DNA of 64,000 nucleotides from Nitrospirota bacterium (GTDB taxonomy: Bacteria > Nitrospirota > UBA9217), in the NCBI GenBank assembly GCA_963818475.1, contig CAWFSF010000006.1, positions 1,248,001-1,312,000 on the forward strand. The letters run 5' to 3'. Positions 19,198-32,329 of the stretch are shown piece after piece. Position 1 is the first letter of the stretch, and each line of letters starts with the position of its first letter. The notes below the pieces were generated by a model. It was not told the DNA's origin. It saw nothing but the letters and a program-made list of their open reading frames with translations, and made no database searches. Both the position numbers and the translations under genes were made by a program.

Positions 19198-21879
19198 ATG
19201 ATCCCGAATACGGAAAAAAACAAGCTGTATATTATTGACGGCAACTCTTATATTTACCGGGCCTATTACGCCATCCGGGGTCTGACTACTTCCACAGGGC
19301 TCCCTACGAACGCGGTGTTCGGTTTTGCCAATATGCTGCTCAAGGTCATCAAGGACAGAGCTCCCGACCTTCTCGCGATCGCCTTTGATCCCAAAGGTCC
19401 CACCCGCCGTCACCGCGAATATGCCGAGTACAAGGCGCACCGGCCCCCCATGCCCCGCGACCTTGTCCCGCAGATACCGTATATCCATAAGCTTGTCGAA
19501 GCCTTTCGCATCCCGGTCTTCATGCAGGAGGGGCAGGAAGCGGACGATGTCATCGCCACGCTGGCGCGCAGGGCGGAAGCTGACGGATTGGACGTGACCA
19601 TCGTCACCGGAGACAAGGATATCCTCCAGCTCGTCGGGCCGCGCATCAGGGTGTACGACACTCTGAAGGAGAAGATCTATGAACCGCAGGATGTCCAGGA
19701 GCGGTTCGGCGTCCCGCCCGCGGCAGTGATCGAGATCCTCGGCCTCATGGGAGACGCATCGGACAATATCCCCGGCGTGCCAGGCATCGGTGAAAAGACC
19801 GCCCAGACGCTGATGAAGCAGTACGGTTCCATCGAGAACCTGCTCTCCCATCTTGACGAGATCACACGGCCCAAGCTCAGGCAGTCCCTTACGGAGAACG
19901 CGCATCTGGCGCGCCTGAGCCGCGAGCTGGCCCGTCTCCACACCGATATACCGCTCGATGTTTCCTACGAAGCGCTCAGCCCGCAGGAGCCTGACAATCA
20001 GGCACTGCTGGGCCTCCTGCAGGAACTGGAGTTCCCCTCCCTGCTCAAGTACGTTGTGCAGGAACCAGCGCAGGAGGCTGATTACCAGACCATTCTTGAC
20101 GAAACAGCCTTTCAGCGCCTCTTGACCGTGCTCTCGGCGTCAAAAGAGTTCTCCTTCGATACAGAGACCACTTCTCTTTCTCCCATGGAGGCGGATCTCG
20201 TCGGCATCTCCTTTGCGGTGGAGCCCTGGCAGGCATACTATATACCGCTGGGCCATGTCTGCCTGGGGACGCCGCGCCAGCTCGGCCTTGAATACGTGCT
20301 GAAACAACTGAAGCCCATCATGGAAGACTCCGGGATCCTGAAGATCGGCCAGAACATCAAATACGACATTCTCGTGCTCGGTCATTACGGCATTGCTGTC
20401 CAGGGCATTTCATTTGACACCATGATCGCCTCGTACCTGCTGAATCCGGGAAAAACGTCCCACGGCCTTGATGCAATAGCGCTGGAATATCTGAACTACA
20501 AGACCACGACCTATCAGGAGGTCACGGGTTCCGGGAAAAAGCAGATCGGGTTTTGTGAAGTTGACATCAAGACCGCAACCCGCTACTCGGGAGAAGACGC
20601 AGATATCACGCTGCAGCTCAAGCAGAAGCTCTCGCCCATGCTGCAGGAGCAGAACCTTGACACCCTGTTCAGGGACATGGAAATGCCGCTCATGCAGGTG
20701 CTGGCTGAGATGGAGCGGGCCGGCGTAAAGGTCGATGCGGCGCTCCTGGGGACCATGTCGAAGCAGCTCGCACAGAAGATGGAGGCTGTAGAAAAGACGA
20801 TCTATGAACTGGCCGGTGAATCGTTCAACATAAACTCGACGAAACAGCTTGCCGAGATCCTGTTCGTGAAGCTCGGGCTCTCTCCGGTCAAACGGACCAA
20901 GACCGGCTTTTCGACCAATGTGGACGTGCTCGAGGAACTGGCTCACGCACACAGCCTGCCGGCGGAGATCCTTGCGTACCGGAGCCTGTCGAAGCTGAAA
21001 TCGACCTATGTCGACGCGCTGCCGGCCATGATCAACCCCAGGACCGGGCGGCTGCATACGTCGCTGAATCAGACCGTCACGGCAACCGGCAGATTGTCAA
21101 GCAGCGATCCTAATCTCCAGAACATCCCGATCCGGACCGAGATCGGCAGGCAGATCAGAAAGGCCTTTATCGCGGAACAGGGCTGCAGCCTGCTCTCCGC
21201 CGATTATTCGCAGATCGAGCTGCGCATCCTCGCCCACATGAGCGGCGACGACGCCCTCATCGCGCACCTTCATCGCCAATGAGGATGTGCACACCCGAAC
21301 GGCCGCCGAGATCTTCGGCCTGCCTGCCGAAGAGATCACCCCGGAAATGCGGCGCAAGGCAAAAGCGGTCAACTTCGGCATCATTTACGGCATCTCCGCC
21401 TTTGGACTTGCGCAGGACATCGGCGTCTCGAATGCCGAGGCAAAACGCTATATCGACAGCTACTTTGCCCGATATCCCGGGGTCCGGGAGTTCCTCGACA
21501 AGACCATCGACCAGGCAAAAACGACCGGTTTTGTCACCACGCTGTTCGAGAGGCGGCGCTTCATTCCCGAACTGTCGTCATCCGCGGCGGCCGTGCGCAG
21601 CTTCGGTGAGCGTATGGCCGTCAACACGCCCGATCCAGGGCACCGCGGCAGACCTCATTAAGCTCGCCATGATCCGGATCAGCGGAAAGCTCAAGAGCAA
21701 AGGCCTGGCCTCAAGGATGATCCTTCAGGTCCATGACGAACTGGTCTTCGAGATCCCGGACAGCGAGATCGAGATCATGAAGCAGTTCGTACAAGGAGGA
21801 AATGGAAGGCGTGGTCAAGCTGTCGGTCCCGATATTGGTGGACCTGGGCGTGGGCAAGAATTGGGATGAGGCCCATTAG
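19198..21879 (+). CDS. polA: DNA polymerase I (frameshifts in the 3' part)
   Basis: IIDGNSYIYRAYYA, DTETT, TGRLSSSDPNLQNIP, DYSQIELR, KAVNFGIIYG, QVHDELV. Ends NWDEAH*. Confidence 0.96.
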
Positions 21880-21968
21880 AGCAATGCGGAATGGGGATTG
21901 CGGAATTAGGGCAGCAGACCAGTCAACCGCTTTTATTGCGCACATCTTCCTTAAAATACGATTACCTT

Positions 21969-24900
21969 CTATTTAAACTCAAACCGAAACTTCACGTCGC
22001 CGCCGATCGTGCCCAGTTCATTCTGCTCACCGACCAGGGAAAAATGCTTATCCAGAACATACTCGATGCGGAATACCGTATCGGGCGTCGTCGTGCCGAC
22101 GTTCGATGAGTACGTAAAATAGAGTCTGTCCTGAACAAGCTCTTTGCCCACCGTTACCCGCGGCACTGACGTGTCTTTGCTCAAGTAAGGGTCTACCTGG
22201 AATCGGTCAAGACCGGTAAGGCTCCGGGCTCTCCTTTCGAAGATGTCCTGGAACTGGCCGGTAGCGAACGAGGCCGCTTCGCTCATGCCGACCTCCGCAC
22301 CCTTCCCTTTAAGATCAGCGCTTGTTTTCCCAAGGGCGAGCATGCTCAGGACATCCGTTTCGGACAAAGGCGGATCGGAAAAGAAGGTCACGACAGCCCG
22401 GTCCGCAGGTCCGGAGACCGTCATCCGGATAAGGTATTCCCGGATCCGCGTTTCCGCCTGAATGTCGAGAATCGGGTTGATCCGGTTCGGGTCCACAAAA
22501 TCCACTGAAGCATGCTGGATCTTAAAATCGTTCCGCCTGAAGTAGGCCACGCCGGTCCGGGCCTCAAGCCGCCCGAGCAGCTGCGGCTGGCCGGCTGTGC
22601 CGCGGATGAACGTATCCACCTCGATCGGTATCTTTGCAAGGTTGTTCTGGATCAGGATATTGTCCTTTCCGTGAAAGCGGATGTTCAACTGCGTCTCGCC
22701 GATCCAGCCGATCTCCGTTTTCCTTCTTTGTGAAAAACCTTTGAACGTCTCCAGGAGCATGCTTTTCCACTCAACCCGCTTTTCATAGAGCGCGCGTTTG
22801 ATAAGGACATCGCCCGAGAGGTTTTGTTCTGCAGCGTCACCGTCATAATACAGCTCACCGGACAACGTGGAGACGAGGCCGGGAGGATAACGCACCGTCA
22901 CGTTGTCAAAAGCCACGCGGTCGAGAACTCTTCCGGGGCAAATCGCTCAAGCTGCACCCGGCCTGAGAGTTTCATTCCGCCGCCGCCGACATTGCCGGCG
23001 AGGGAGTCAACAACGATCCGTTCCCGGTTGATAGTCAATAGTGCCGTTCAAAGCGCTGAATTTCTGCGGGACATCTTTTATTTTGATCTCGCCGTTCTCA
23101 AGGCGCAGTTCTCCGGCGATCTCAGGATCATCCCAGGACCCTCTCACCGTAAGCTTTACGTCTGCATTACCGTCACCATGTTCGACTTCACGGTAGAACA
23201 GCCTCAGCAGTGAAAGATTCGCCTTTCCGGCGCACGCGAGATCGTAGTCCTTCTTGATCCGCAAACTGCCGGTGACGGCCATACGGGTACCCGTTCCGGT
23301 GAAGCTGAGCGCTTTGACCAGGAGTTTGCCGGCTTCCATGTTTATGACCGCGTCGCCCTCGTTCTCAAGCCGATAATCGCCCAGGGCAAAACTGAGTTGC
23401 TGAAACACAGCTGATCCGGAAAGTAAAGGAGATGTCCCCCTGCCCTGCGCGGCCACTCTTCCGTCGGCAACGATCTTCACCCGCGAGAGCGCCTCGCTGC
23501 CCGGCGGTATAATGAGCGGCGCAATATCCGCGGACCGCAGGTCGGCGCTGGCGCTCCAGGCATAAGGCGGCCGCAGGTCCATGCTGCCGGCCAGCCGCGT
23601 CTTGTTCGCAGGCAAGTCCGCTTCAACGGTCATCATACCGGCATCGATACCGAGCGTTGCTTTACAGGCTCCCATGCTGACCTGACGATACCGGAGATCG
23701 TCGAGCGTCAACGTCGATTTCAGCTGCAGAGCTGAGAATGGTCCGCTCGAATTGATCTCGAGATTGAAGGGTCCGGACAGGGATATGCCGGAAAGATGGT
23801 CCACGTCCGAAAGGTTCACCCCCCTGCTCGTTAACTGGGCTGCGTAGGTGCGGTTAAACCCGATCCAGCCGTTTCCCTCCACCACTCCCCCTCCCTTGTG
23901 CACCACGACCTGCGGGAACGAGACCCGTTCAGGAGTGAGTGCGACCGTGAGGGAACCTTTTGAGAAAGACTCGCCGTACGCGGAGCCGGGCCCGACGTTC
24001 AGCGTCGCATTGCCGTCGAAGTCCTTGCTCGTGCCGATGAACGTGATCTCGCCGGTCGCTGAAAGCTGGAGCGGCAGGGGCCGGTAAAATAACGAAACAA
24101 CGCTCGCGACATCCGAGCGTACCACATTCAGACGCGCTGCGTAAAAGATGTTCTCGCGGCTGAAATCGATTGATCCATCCAGTATATACCGCGACCCCAG
24201 TTGATGAATATCCACGCTGGAAAACGATAATTTTTTATCGCGAAACTGCATTTTGCCGGCAGCATCATGGAACAGAATGTCTTTAATAGTGACCGGGCCG
24301 GCCGAAAGGCTGCCGTCAAACACGGGTGAGAACAGTTCGCCGGTCAACCTGCCATGAAGCGCTGCTGTTCCTTCCAGAGATACTCCGGTGAGGAAGGAAA
24401 GTGTCCTGCTCTTGCCGTTGGACTCGAAGCTGAGCTCGGCGTTATACCCTTTTGCGCCATCGATACTGCCTGTTGCGCGGGCAACGAGGTCGCCGGCGAT
24501 GATCTCCAGCTTTTTTATGTCGAAATTCGGCGCACGATGATCGAGAATCGCCGTAACGCTGTCAACGACCATGCTGGTCCGGGCCCTGGCGATCTTCCAC
24601 TGCTTACCGGTCAGGCTCAGCAGATTGTTGCGGTACGAGAACGTCAGGCCTGCCTCCTGCACCGTGAACGTTTTATAGGGAATATTGTACAGCGTGACGG
24701 CGCCGTCAACGACAGGCTCTGTCATCCGGCCCTTTGCCGAGACCGCCAGGTCGATAAGCGGACGCAGTCCTTTTGACGTTTTTTTGTTCAGCAGTGCTGA
24801 GAAACGGCCAAGCGTCTTCTGTCCGAAACGGCCTTTCATCGTCAGGTCCAGGCTGCCATCGGGCACTGTCCCCATGCTGCCGGAAGCCGTGATCTTCCCA

Positions 24901-25593
24901 TCGGGGGCAAGGAGCTCAAGGCTGGTGAGCGTCAGCTTGTCGTTGCCGTACTCCGCCCTGCCGCGGAGATCGAAGATTAGTGCCGGTTGTGCTTTCGCGG
25001 CGATTCGGACCGATGCGCTTTGCACCGACATCCTGATATTGTTTGCCGGCGTCTTGAATCGGACGTTCATGCTGAGGCCGGAGACCGAAAGGGTCGTTTC
25101 CGACGCTTCGTCCAGAAAATCGATGGTGCCGCGGTGGATCCTGATCGTACCGGGATCAACGGTAAAACGGGAGGGTCCTTTCTTCTGGCGCTCCCCTGCG
25201 GCAGTCTTGATGCGGTCGGCCATTTGCATCAAGGATAGGTCGCCGGTCGTATTTCGGGTTGAACGGATGTGCGGTTCCAACAAGGTTATCGTAGGCAGGC
25301 TGATCCGTTTCAGCACCAGCGGAAAAGGATTGATATACACCCGTAACTTTCGGACCTGAACCGCATCGATGCCGCTCGCGTCGGGAACGAAGACATCCCT
25401 CACCTCGATATAGAGCGGGACCGCATTGGCCTTGATCATGCCGATACGGGCAACGGGACCAAGCATCTCCTGCAAAGGGGAAAGGATGTACGGCCGGAGG
25501 CGTGCGGAAAAAGCGTCGCTTTGGACGTAATAGTCGAGCGCTATGACAAGCATGGCGAGTAGCAGCACTATCATGGAAGAGTCGTTTTTTCAT
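21969..25593 (-). CDS. tamB: TamB/AsmA-like translocation and assembly protein (frameshifted)
   Basis: N-terminal TM, long beta-rich body, C-terminal DUF490-like P.LDIQAET..SDPPLSETDVLSMLALG..GGDVKFRFEFK. Confidence 0.78.
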
Positions 25594-25654
25594 AAAAAGC
25601 CGTATCTATTCAACACATCTGAAACCAGAAGAGTCGCACCGGAGAAAAAACCTT

Positions 25655-25855
25655 TTTATCCGCAGATTTCGCAGTTGACGCAGATTTTAAAACGACACAA
25701 TCAGGTACGATTGATTTAGCTTCAGAAACCCGAAGAAGAACCTTTTAGGAGAAATGGAGAAGGATGGTGAAATGGGGATTAGCTCTTATTAATAAGGCAA
25801 TTACCCCTTTTCTCCCAACTTCCCCCTTTCTCCTCCGAAGAGGTTCTTGCTCTTC
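25655..25855. repeat. Short tandem repeats and long imperfect inverted repeat
   Basis: CGCAGATTT-type 9-mers. A purine tract AACC..GGAGAAATGGAGAAGG..GGGG is mirrored by CCCC..TTCTCC..TTTCTCC..GGTT. Confidence 0.5.
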
Positions 25856-25893
25856 GATTTCGGTTTTATGAACTTTTCAATTTCAATGCGAAG

Positions 25894-28464
25894 CTAGCCC
25901 AGGACCTTCAGGAGCTCTCCTTTGATCCTCCTGAGACGGACGTCGTCAGTGACCTTCCTCCTCAGCAGATCGGTCACGTAGAAGGAATCCATGACCCGCA
26001 CACCCTCGGTCACGATCTTCGCCGATGCGATGTCCAGATTAAGGTCGTACAATGCTTTGGTCACGCGATAGAGCAAGCCGACCCTGTCCCGTGCCGTGAT
26101 ATCGATGATCGAGAATGCGTCTGAAGAATCATTGTCGAATTCCACTAAAGGCGTGACCATTGCCGGAGCCGCACTGACCGGCACGGAGCTCCCGGGTTCA
26201 GGCAGACGGCTCTCGTTCATCAAGACCGCCCGGAGCGTTCTGCAGACACTCTCCCATGCATCGTCATAGGTACAGATCGTACCGTCAGGATCGGTCACCT
26301 GGAAGGTGTCTATCATGACGCCGCTCTTTGTGGTATAGACCTGGGCCCGAAGAATACTGAGGTTCTTCGACGCGATCGTACCCGCGGTCCGGTAGAACAT
26401 GCCGTAAGCATCATAGGCGCACACCGTAAGCTCTGTAAAGCCCTTTTCCGGATAATGGCGATACTGGATGAGGAGCTTTTCTTCCGGCAAACGCCGCATC
26501 ATGCCCATATGGTCCAGGACCCGGGAGACCGGCGTATACAGCAGATACTGGTCCGGCATGACTGACAGGAACTCATCGATCTCCCGGGTCGAAAATAATT
26601 CGCTCGCGGCGGACCTGTATGCGTGACGACGCCGCGATCACCCGGGCATGTTCTTCCTCACCAACAGGAGCGCCTCGTTCGAGGTACTTGACCGTTCTGA
26701 GGTAGAGGTCCTGGAGCAGGACCGCCTTCCATTGTGTCCAGGCCGTCGGGTTGACCGCGGAAATGTCGGCATAGGTCAGCAGGTAGAGCAGGGAAAGGTT
26801 CTCCTGGTCCGCCACAACATGCGCGAAATCGGCAATGACCTTCCGGTCCGTCAGCTCCCGCCGCTGCGACAGGTTCGACATGATCAGATGGTTCCTGATG
26901 AGAAAAAGGATCCGTTCACGGTCCTCTCCCTCCACCGCCATCCGTGCAAGGATCGCTTCGGCGATCTTCTCCCCCCGCAGTTCATGGTCTGTACGGTATG
27001 CTTTTCCCAGGTCATGGAGCAGCACCGCCAGTATCAGGACCCACCGTTTCTTCAGTCCCTTGAACGCTTCGGACAGTGTCGTCAGGGCGGGGAAATTCCC
27101 CGACCAGAGGTTCTGGAGGTTGCGGATCGCGAGCAGGATATGCTCGTCGACCGTGTATTTATGGTAATAATCATGCCGCGCCAGCGCCTGGATGGCGCGG
27201 AACTCCGGCAGATATCTGCCGAGGAACCGAAGGTCCTTCATGAGCGTCAGCGTTTCGGAAAGGTTGTCCGGATTGTTCAGGATGGAGATAAAGGCCCGCG
27301 ACGCAGCTGCCGATGTTCTGACGCGGTCATCGATCCTGCATGAGCTGATCAGGGTCCTGAGCCGGTCGGACAGCACCGCATGGCGCGACTGGGCGAGCTC
27401 AAATGCCGTCATGATCAGCGAGGGATCGTCCTGACAGGAACTGTCCGGCGAAGGCACGAGCGTCCTGCCGATGAGCGAGAACGGGCCGAGCGACAATGTT
27501 CGCTCGAACCAGCGGGTGCGCGGTTTCCGCAGCACGGCTTCGGAGACGATATTCGAGAACTCCCGGATATTCCTGGCGTGCAGAAAATAGGATTTCATGA
27601 ACCGTTCAACAGCCAGCAGGTGCGTTGAATCGCGGTAATGAAAATCCCGGGCCGTGCGCTCCTGGAGGTCGAAGGTAAGGTGGTCGTTCTTGCGGCCCGA
27701 GAGATAGTGGAGCTCGTTCCGCACCCGCCATAGGAAGTTGCGGGAGCGGAGAAAAACAGCGTACTGCCCTGCCGTCAGGACCCCCTCGCGCACCAGATCG
27801 GCAAGTGACGCGATCCGGTAGTGCGCAAAAGCGATCCAGAAAGCGGTATGAAAATCCCTGAGCCCCCCGGCCCCTTCCTTGATGTTCGGTTCCCGCAAGT
27901 AGATGGAGCCGCCGTATTTCAGGCGGGTGGCAATGCGCTCAGCCACCTTTTCATTGATGTACGCGGCGGCCCGCCAGTGGAAGACGTCGCTTTGCATGGC
28001 CGAGAGAAAGGAGGCATAGAGCGCCGGTTCGCCGGCGATCAGGCGGGATTCTATCAGGGAGGTCCGGATCTTGCTGTCCTGCCGGGCAAGGTCAACGCAT
28101 TCCTTGACCGTGCGCACGCTGTACGCAATGTCCATGCCCGCATCCCAGAGCATGTAGAGCAGTTCCGTGGAGCACTGACGATCGGCATCGTCCCGGCACA
28201 GGAACATGATATCGATGTCGGAATGGGGGTTCAGTTCTCCCCTGCCGTATCCTCCGATGGCGATGAGCGCGGGCATCGAGGGCTGAGAAAGCCGGCCGTG
28301 CGCCTGCGGAGCACCCTGTCGATCAGGCCGGTCCGCCGCTGGACCACCTCGCTGCCATCGGCGCCGGAAAAATGCGCTGTCCTGATGACGGTTTCCTCTT
28401 CATCGAGCAGGGCCTTGATCCCGCCGTCAAGCGTGTGAGCCGGTGTTTGATCCAATTTCTTCAC
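25894..28464 (-). CDS. glnD: [Protein-PII] uridylyltransferase (frameshifted)
   Basis: AIGGYGRGELNPHSDIDI, EPNIKEGAGGLRD, YHKYTVDEH, LLHDLGK, two C-terminal ACT domains. Confidence 0.93.
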
Positions 28465-28525
28465 GATGGGGTATTACCGCGAATCTCCACGAGAAGGCCG
28501 TGGACCCTTCGCGCCAGACAACAGG

Positions 28526-28936
28526 TCATTTAAACGCTACGGATTTGATCTCGTCCATGGCCAGCATGAAACTGCCGAACCCTGCATCGCCGTAACAGCG
28601 GGCATCGGCGTCAACGTCAACCGTGGTCTCGCTGCCGTCCTTGAGGTGAACGGTCACGCGCACTTTCCGGTCTCGCTTCTCCCCTACGGTGAATTCCTTG
28701 ATCTTGTCGAAGGGGATCACCACCTGGGCCATGCCCATCGAACCGTCCAGATGGATCCGTCCTTCCCAGCTGAACTTTTCACCCTCGATCTTGTTGCCCG
28801 ATGCATCGGTGACCAGTACGGCAAAGTTCTTTTCCACCCGCGGCGACCGTTCAAAGCCACTGCCTTTTCCGCCCATGGCCATGAGCAGCAGTGCCAGGGT
28901 CGCCAGCAGAACGAGGGAACCAACACGTTTCATCAT
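28526..28936 (-). CDS. Hypothetical exported protein
   Basis: Signal-like N-terminus ending LLMAMGG, beta-rich body, GGAG RBS. Confidence 0.7.
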   Translation of the reverse strand: MMKRVGSLVLLATLALLLMAMGGKGSGFERSPRVEKNFAVLVTDASGNKIEGEKFSWEGRIHLDGSMGMAQVVIPFDKIKEFTVGEKRDRKVRVTVHLKDGSETTVDVDADARCYGDAGFGSFMLAMDEIKSVAFK

Positions 28937-29114
28937 CGAGAAGCTCCTTTCAAGTGCATATCAGGAAACAATGCAGCCGCTGCACAGTGCGGAGCGGCCT
29001 CACGTAACGCTGTTTTTCTAAGGTACCATAATGACCGAATGCTTTCAAGAAAAAAGCTTGCAAAGGCCGGTTGCGTTGTGTAAGTTTAGGGGGCATTCAT
29101 AGAGGAGGAACACC

Positions 29115-29888
29115 GTGGACAACACGTTTTCACAACTGGTGGATCTCATGGCGCAGCTCCGCGGCCCCGACGGCTGTCCCTGGGACCGGAAACAGACGCC
29201 GGAGTCGCTCAAGCCGTTCCTGATCGAGGAATGCTACGAGGTCATCGATGCTATTGAGGAAGGCTCTCCGGACAAGGTCAGGGACGAACTGGGAGACCTG
29301 CTGTTCCAGATCGTCTTCCACGCGCGCATCGCCGAGGAGCAGGGCCAGTTCACCATCCAGGACGTCATCACGGCCATTCATGAGAAGATGACCAGGCGGC
29401 ATCCCCATGTGTTCGGCGACGAAAAGCTTTCCACGGACAAGGAAGTGCTTGCGAACTGGGAGGAGATCAAGAAAAAGGAAAAAGGGCATGAGGACCGGAA
29501 GTCCATCCTCGAAGGAGTGCCGAAGGAGCTGCCCTCGCTGCTGCGCGCCCACCGGCTCCAGGAGCGGGCGGCGCGAGTGGGTTTCGACTGGAACCATTTG
29601 AACGAGGCGCTGCCCAAGCTCGACGAGGAGATAGCCGAGTTCAAGGAGTCGCTCAAGACGGAGGACGCCGCGAAGATCGAGGAGGAACTGGGCGACGTCT
29701 TCTTCACGCTCGTGAACGTCTCCCGGTTCCTCGGCGTTAATCCCGAAGAGGCGCTCCGGAAGACCATCGGCAAGTTCATCCACCGGTTCCGGTATATCGA
29801 GGAGCAGGCCGCGGATGCGGGAAGGTCGCTGAAGGATATGACGCTGGATGAGATGGAAGAGCTCTGGCAGGAGGCGAAGAACAAATAA
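29115..29888 (+). CDS. mazG: Nucleoside triphosphate pyrophosphohydrolase MazG
   Basis: LRGPDGCPWDRKQT, EECYE, ELGDLL, RRHPHVF, GFDW, EEELGD. Confidence 0.95.
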   Translation: MDNTFSQLVDLMAQLRGPDGCPWDRKQTPESLKPFLIEECYEVIDAIEEGSPDKVRDELGDLLFQIVFHARIAEEQGQFTIQDVITAIHEKMTRRHPHVFGDEKLSTDKEVLANWEEIKKKEKGHEDRKSILEGVPKELPSLLRAHRLQERAARVGFDWNHLNEALPKLDEEIAEFKESLKTEDAAKIEEELGDVFFTLVNVSRFLGVNPEEALRKTIGKFIHRFRYIEEQAADAGRSLKDMTLDEMEELWQEAKNK

Positions 29889-29991
29889 AAAAAGCGAGGG
29901 AACCTCTCGGCCCCCCTCGCGCGTTGTAACTTCCCGCCTGTATCCCTATCCTATGCCGCCCATTCCGGCCAAAGCTACACAGAGCTTCCTA

Positions 29992-32319
29992 CTATTTAGT
30001 TATGCTCAAACTGTAGGACCCGTACTTTCCTGCTGATTTCGGTCTATTGGAAGATGGGCTTATCTTTACATAGTACGTTCCATCGCCTGGCGCTGTCCAA
30101 ACAATCCTCGATGCCAAGTTCGTGGTGTTATTGAGTGGCGCATCCAGCCATCCATAGTAGTTATAACAGTCATAGTTTTGTAACCCCGAGCAGCTACTGT
30201 CGCCATTTCCTGCTACCCAGGTAGTCGTGTTCGTATTGTCACTGGTCGTTGAACCTATTTGGATCTCAGTGCCGACATTGTCGCAGAGGGTCAGATATGT
30301 ATCTGCCCCATTCAATAGATTGTTCGTCGTGATGGTATAAGTCGCCCCGTTCGATGCAGTGAACATGACATAATCCTTATCAGAGTCTGGCCAAGCGGCA
30401 GATGAATATAGTCTGCGATTTTGGGCTGAGCCATTGACCGTAAAGGTCTGCGCCGTGCTGATGAGATCATCTGTTTCATATGGATCATTGCTGTAATAGA
30501 TGAGTCTATTGGTATAAATAGACGCTGCAGGATCTCCAAAGAGATCTTTCCACCTGTCGTAAAAGAGCTCCAGATTGACCGGCTCTGTTGCCAATGGTGG
30601 CGAAGTCTTGAACCCGGCGATCACATCCCAGATATTTTGCATGCCGTAATTACCCGTTCCGGTCAAGTGGTTCCAGAGGACATTTGCGACCGCTACCTCG
30701 TTGGTTGAGTATATGCAGTCGCCATAGCAATAAGGGGATCCTGCTCCCTCTGGGGCTGCAACATCCACAATGAGGTATGCCTCTCCGCTCACCGTGTCGA
30801 CGTACTGCGACAGCGGCATTCCCGCCTTCGACGATATAAGGGAGGGATCGGCGCTGTTCAGCCAGAATTTAACAGCTCCCTGGAAGAAATTGCCCCACCC
30901 TTCGCTCCAGGTCAGGCGCATGTCAAGGTCGTTCGCGTTCAGATAATGCGGTCCGCCCTTCGAATCATCCTTGGAAAAATTAAATGTCGTAAAATGCCCG
31001 AACTCATGGAACAGAACGTCATCATCAAACTCGTCAGTATCCCCGGAGCTGAAGGGATCGCTCAGCACATAAATGCCGACCCCGCCGGGGCAATAGGTTG
31101 CTCCATAATCGTCGCAAAAGTAGGTCCCATTGGAGACGTCATTTTCCCAGAAGGCATTGAGCGATAGCGTATTCAGAACGGGTGATCCTGCAGCGTATAC
31201 ATTCAGGAATTCAAACCCGCTGGTCATGACGTCAAGGATGTTGAATGCGCCGTCCGCCTGGCTGGTGACGGGGATCGACAGGTCGATCGACGTATTCCCG
31301 GAAAGTGTGAAATTGCTGGTCTTTACCGAGAAGATCTTGTCGCTCCAGTTTTTGACGTTCATTTGCTGCGAGCCCGCGGGCGTCGCTGAGGACATCACCC
31401 GCACAAACATGTTCGTATTGATGTAGGTCGAAGGAATCGAGAAGGAATAGGAACCGTCGGAATTCGTCGCAGACGAAGCGATGCTAGTGGATGTCGACGC
31501 ACTGACCATTTCTATATCGGCAAGACGCACCGCTTTAAAGGTCGTTTTCCCGGTAAATCCATCGGTACGATCATATTCCTTGTCCTCGTAGGCCACCTTG
31601 CCGCTGACGGTCACCGACACCGGCGTGTCCGATGTAGGGGTCGCGGACGTCACCGGTGACGCAGGCCCCAGGCCGAAGGAATTCACGCCCTTCATGACAT
31701 AATAATAAGTCGTGCCATTCAACACCGCGCTGTCGACATAGCTGGTCGTCGTTCCCGATATCCCCGTAACAAGCGTCGTGGTCACCGTTGAAACCGTGTC
31801 CCGGTAGAGGTTGTAGGACGTGGCCTCATTCACCGCTGTCCAGTTCAAGTTCACGTGCGGCGTGTTTGTGCCGCTCGACGCCATGGCCATGACCGTGGCG
31901 GGCTGTGACGGAACCGCGATCTTCGCCGATATTTCGGCGGACGCCGGACCTTCAAGACCGGAGCTATTTACACCGGTCACAATATAGTAAAATGCGGAAT
32001 TGACCGGATATTCGGGCGTTGTAAAAGTAGTGCCGGTAATGACCGCATTGTAGCTGAGACCGGACGTTTTGGTCAGGCCGGATGTATAATCGTAACGCAC
32101 GCGATAGGTGGCGGCATTGGCGGCTGCGTTCCAGTGCAGCGTGACGGTACCATGCGTCGCATCGGTTTTTGTCACAGTTACCGCGAGACCCGCAGGCGCC
32201 GCAGGAACAATACCGCCGCCGCCCCCTCCTCCTCCGCCGCCGCTGCAGCTGCTCATGACAGAAAGAGCGAAGAGAAGTACGATCAGCAATGCCTGGTATT
32301 TTCTGGTCGATTGTGCCAT
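29992..32319 (-). CDS. Lipoprotein with FN3 domains, HExxH zinc-peptidase motif and PPC-like C-terminus
   Basis: Lipobox VMSSC, poly-Gly linker, two FN3 units, DDDVLFHEFGH..WSEGWGNFF, D.YETDD..D.DY..ADTYLTL. Confidence 0.78.
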   Translation of the reverse strand: MAQSTRKYQALLIVLLFALSVMSSCSGGGGGGGGGGIVPAAPAGLAVTVTKTDATHGTVTLHWNAAANAATYRVRYDYTSGLTKTSGLSYNAVITGTTFTTPEYPVNSAFYYIVTGVNSSGLEGPASAEISAKIAVPSQPATVMAMASSGTNTPHVNLNWTAVNEATSYNLYRDTVSTVTTTLVTGISGTTTSYVDSAVLNGTTYYYVMKGVNSFGLGPASPVTSATPTSDTPVSVTVSGKVAYEDKEYDRTDGFTGKTTFKAVRLADIEMVSASTSTSIASSATNSDGSYSFSIPSTYINTNMFVRVMSSATPAGSQQMNVKNWSDKIFSVKTSNFTLSGNTSIDLSIPVTSQADGAFNILDVMTSGFEFLNVYAAGSPVLNTLSLNAFWENDVSNGTYFCDDYGATYCPGGVGIYVLSDPFSSGDTDEFDDDVLFHEFGHFTTFNFSKDDSKGGPHYLNANDLDMRLTWSEGWGNFFQGAVKFWLNSADPSLISSKAGMPLSQYVDTVSGEAYLIVDVAAPEGAGSPYCYGDCIYSTNEVAVANVLWNHLTGTGNYGMQNIWDVIAGFKTSPPLATEPVNLELFYDRWKDLFGDPAASIYTNRLIYYSNDPYETDDLISTAQTFTVNGSAQNRRLYSSAAWPDSDKDYVMFTASNGATYTITTNNLLNGADTYLTLCDNVGTEIQIGSTTSDNTNTTTWVAGNGDSSCSGLQNYDCYNYYGWLDAPLNNTTNLASRIVWTAPGDGTYYVKISPSSNRPKSAGKYGSYSLSITK

Positions 32320-32329
32320 GAGGTCCTCT

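Noticed and set aside
19198-21879. polA and other core genes as pseudogenes or programmed frameshifts
   Set aside because: Too many unrelated essential genes are affected, and the catalytic motifs are intact. Sequencing error is the simpler explanation.
32210-32243. Phase-variable repeat in the poly-Gly tract
   Set aside because: It is made of mixed GGC/GGA/GGG triplets. Slippage would only change linker length, which is common after a lipoprotein Cys.
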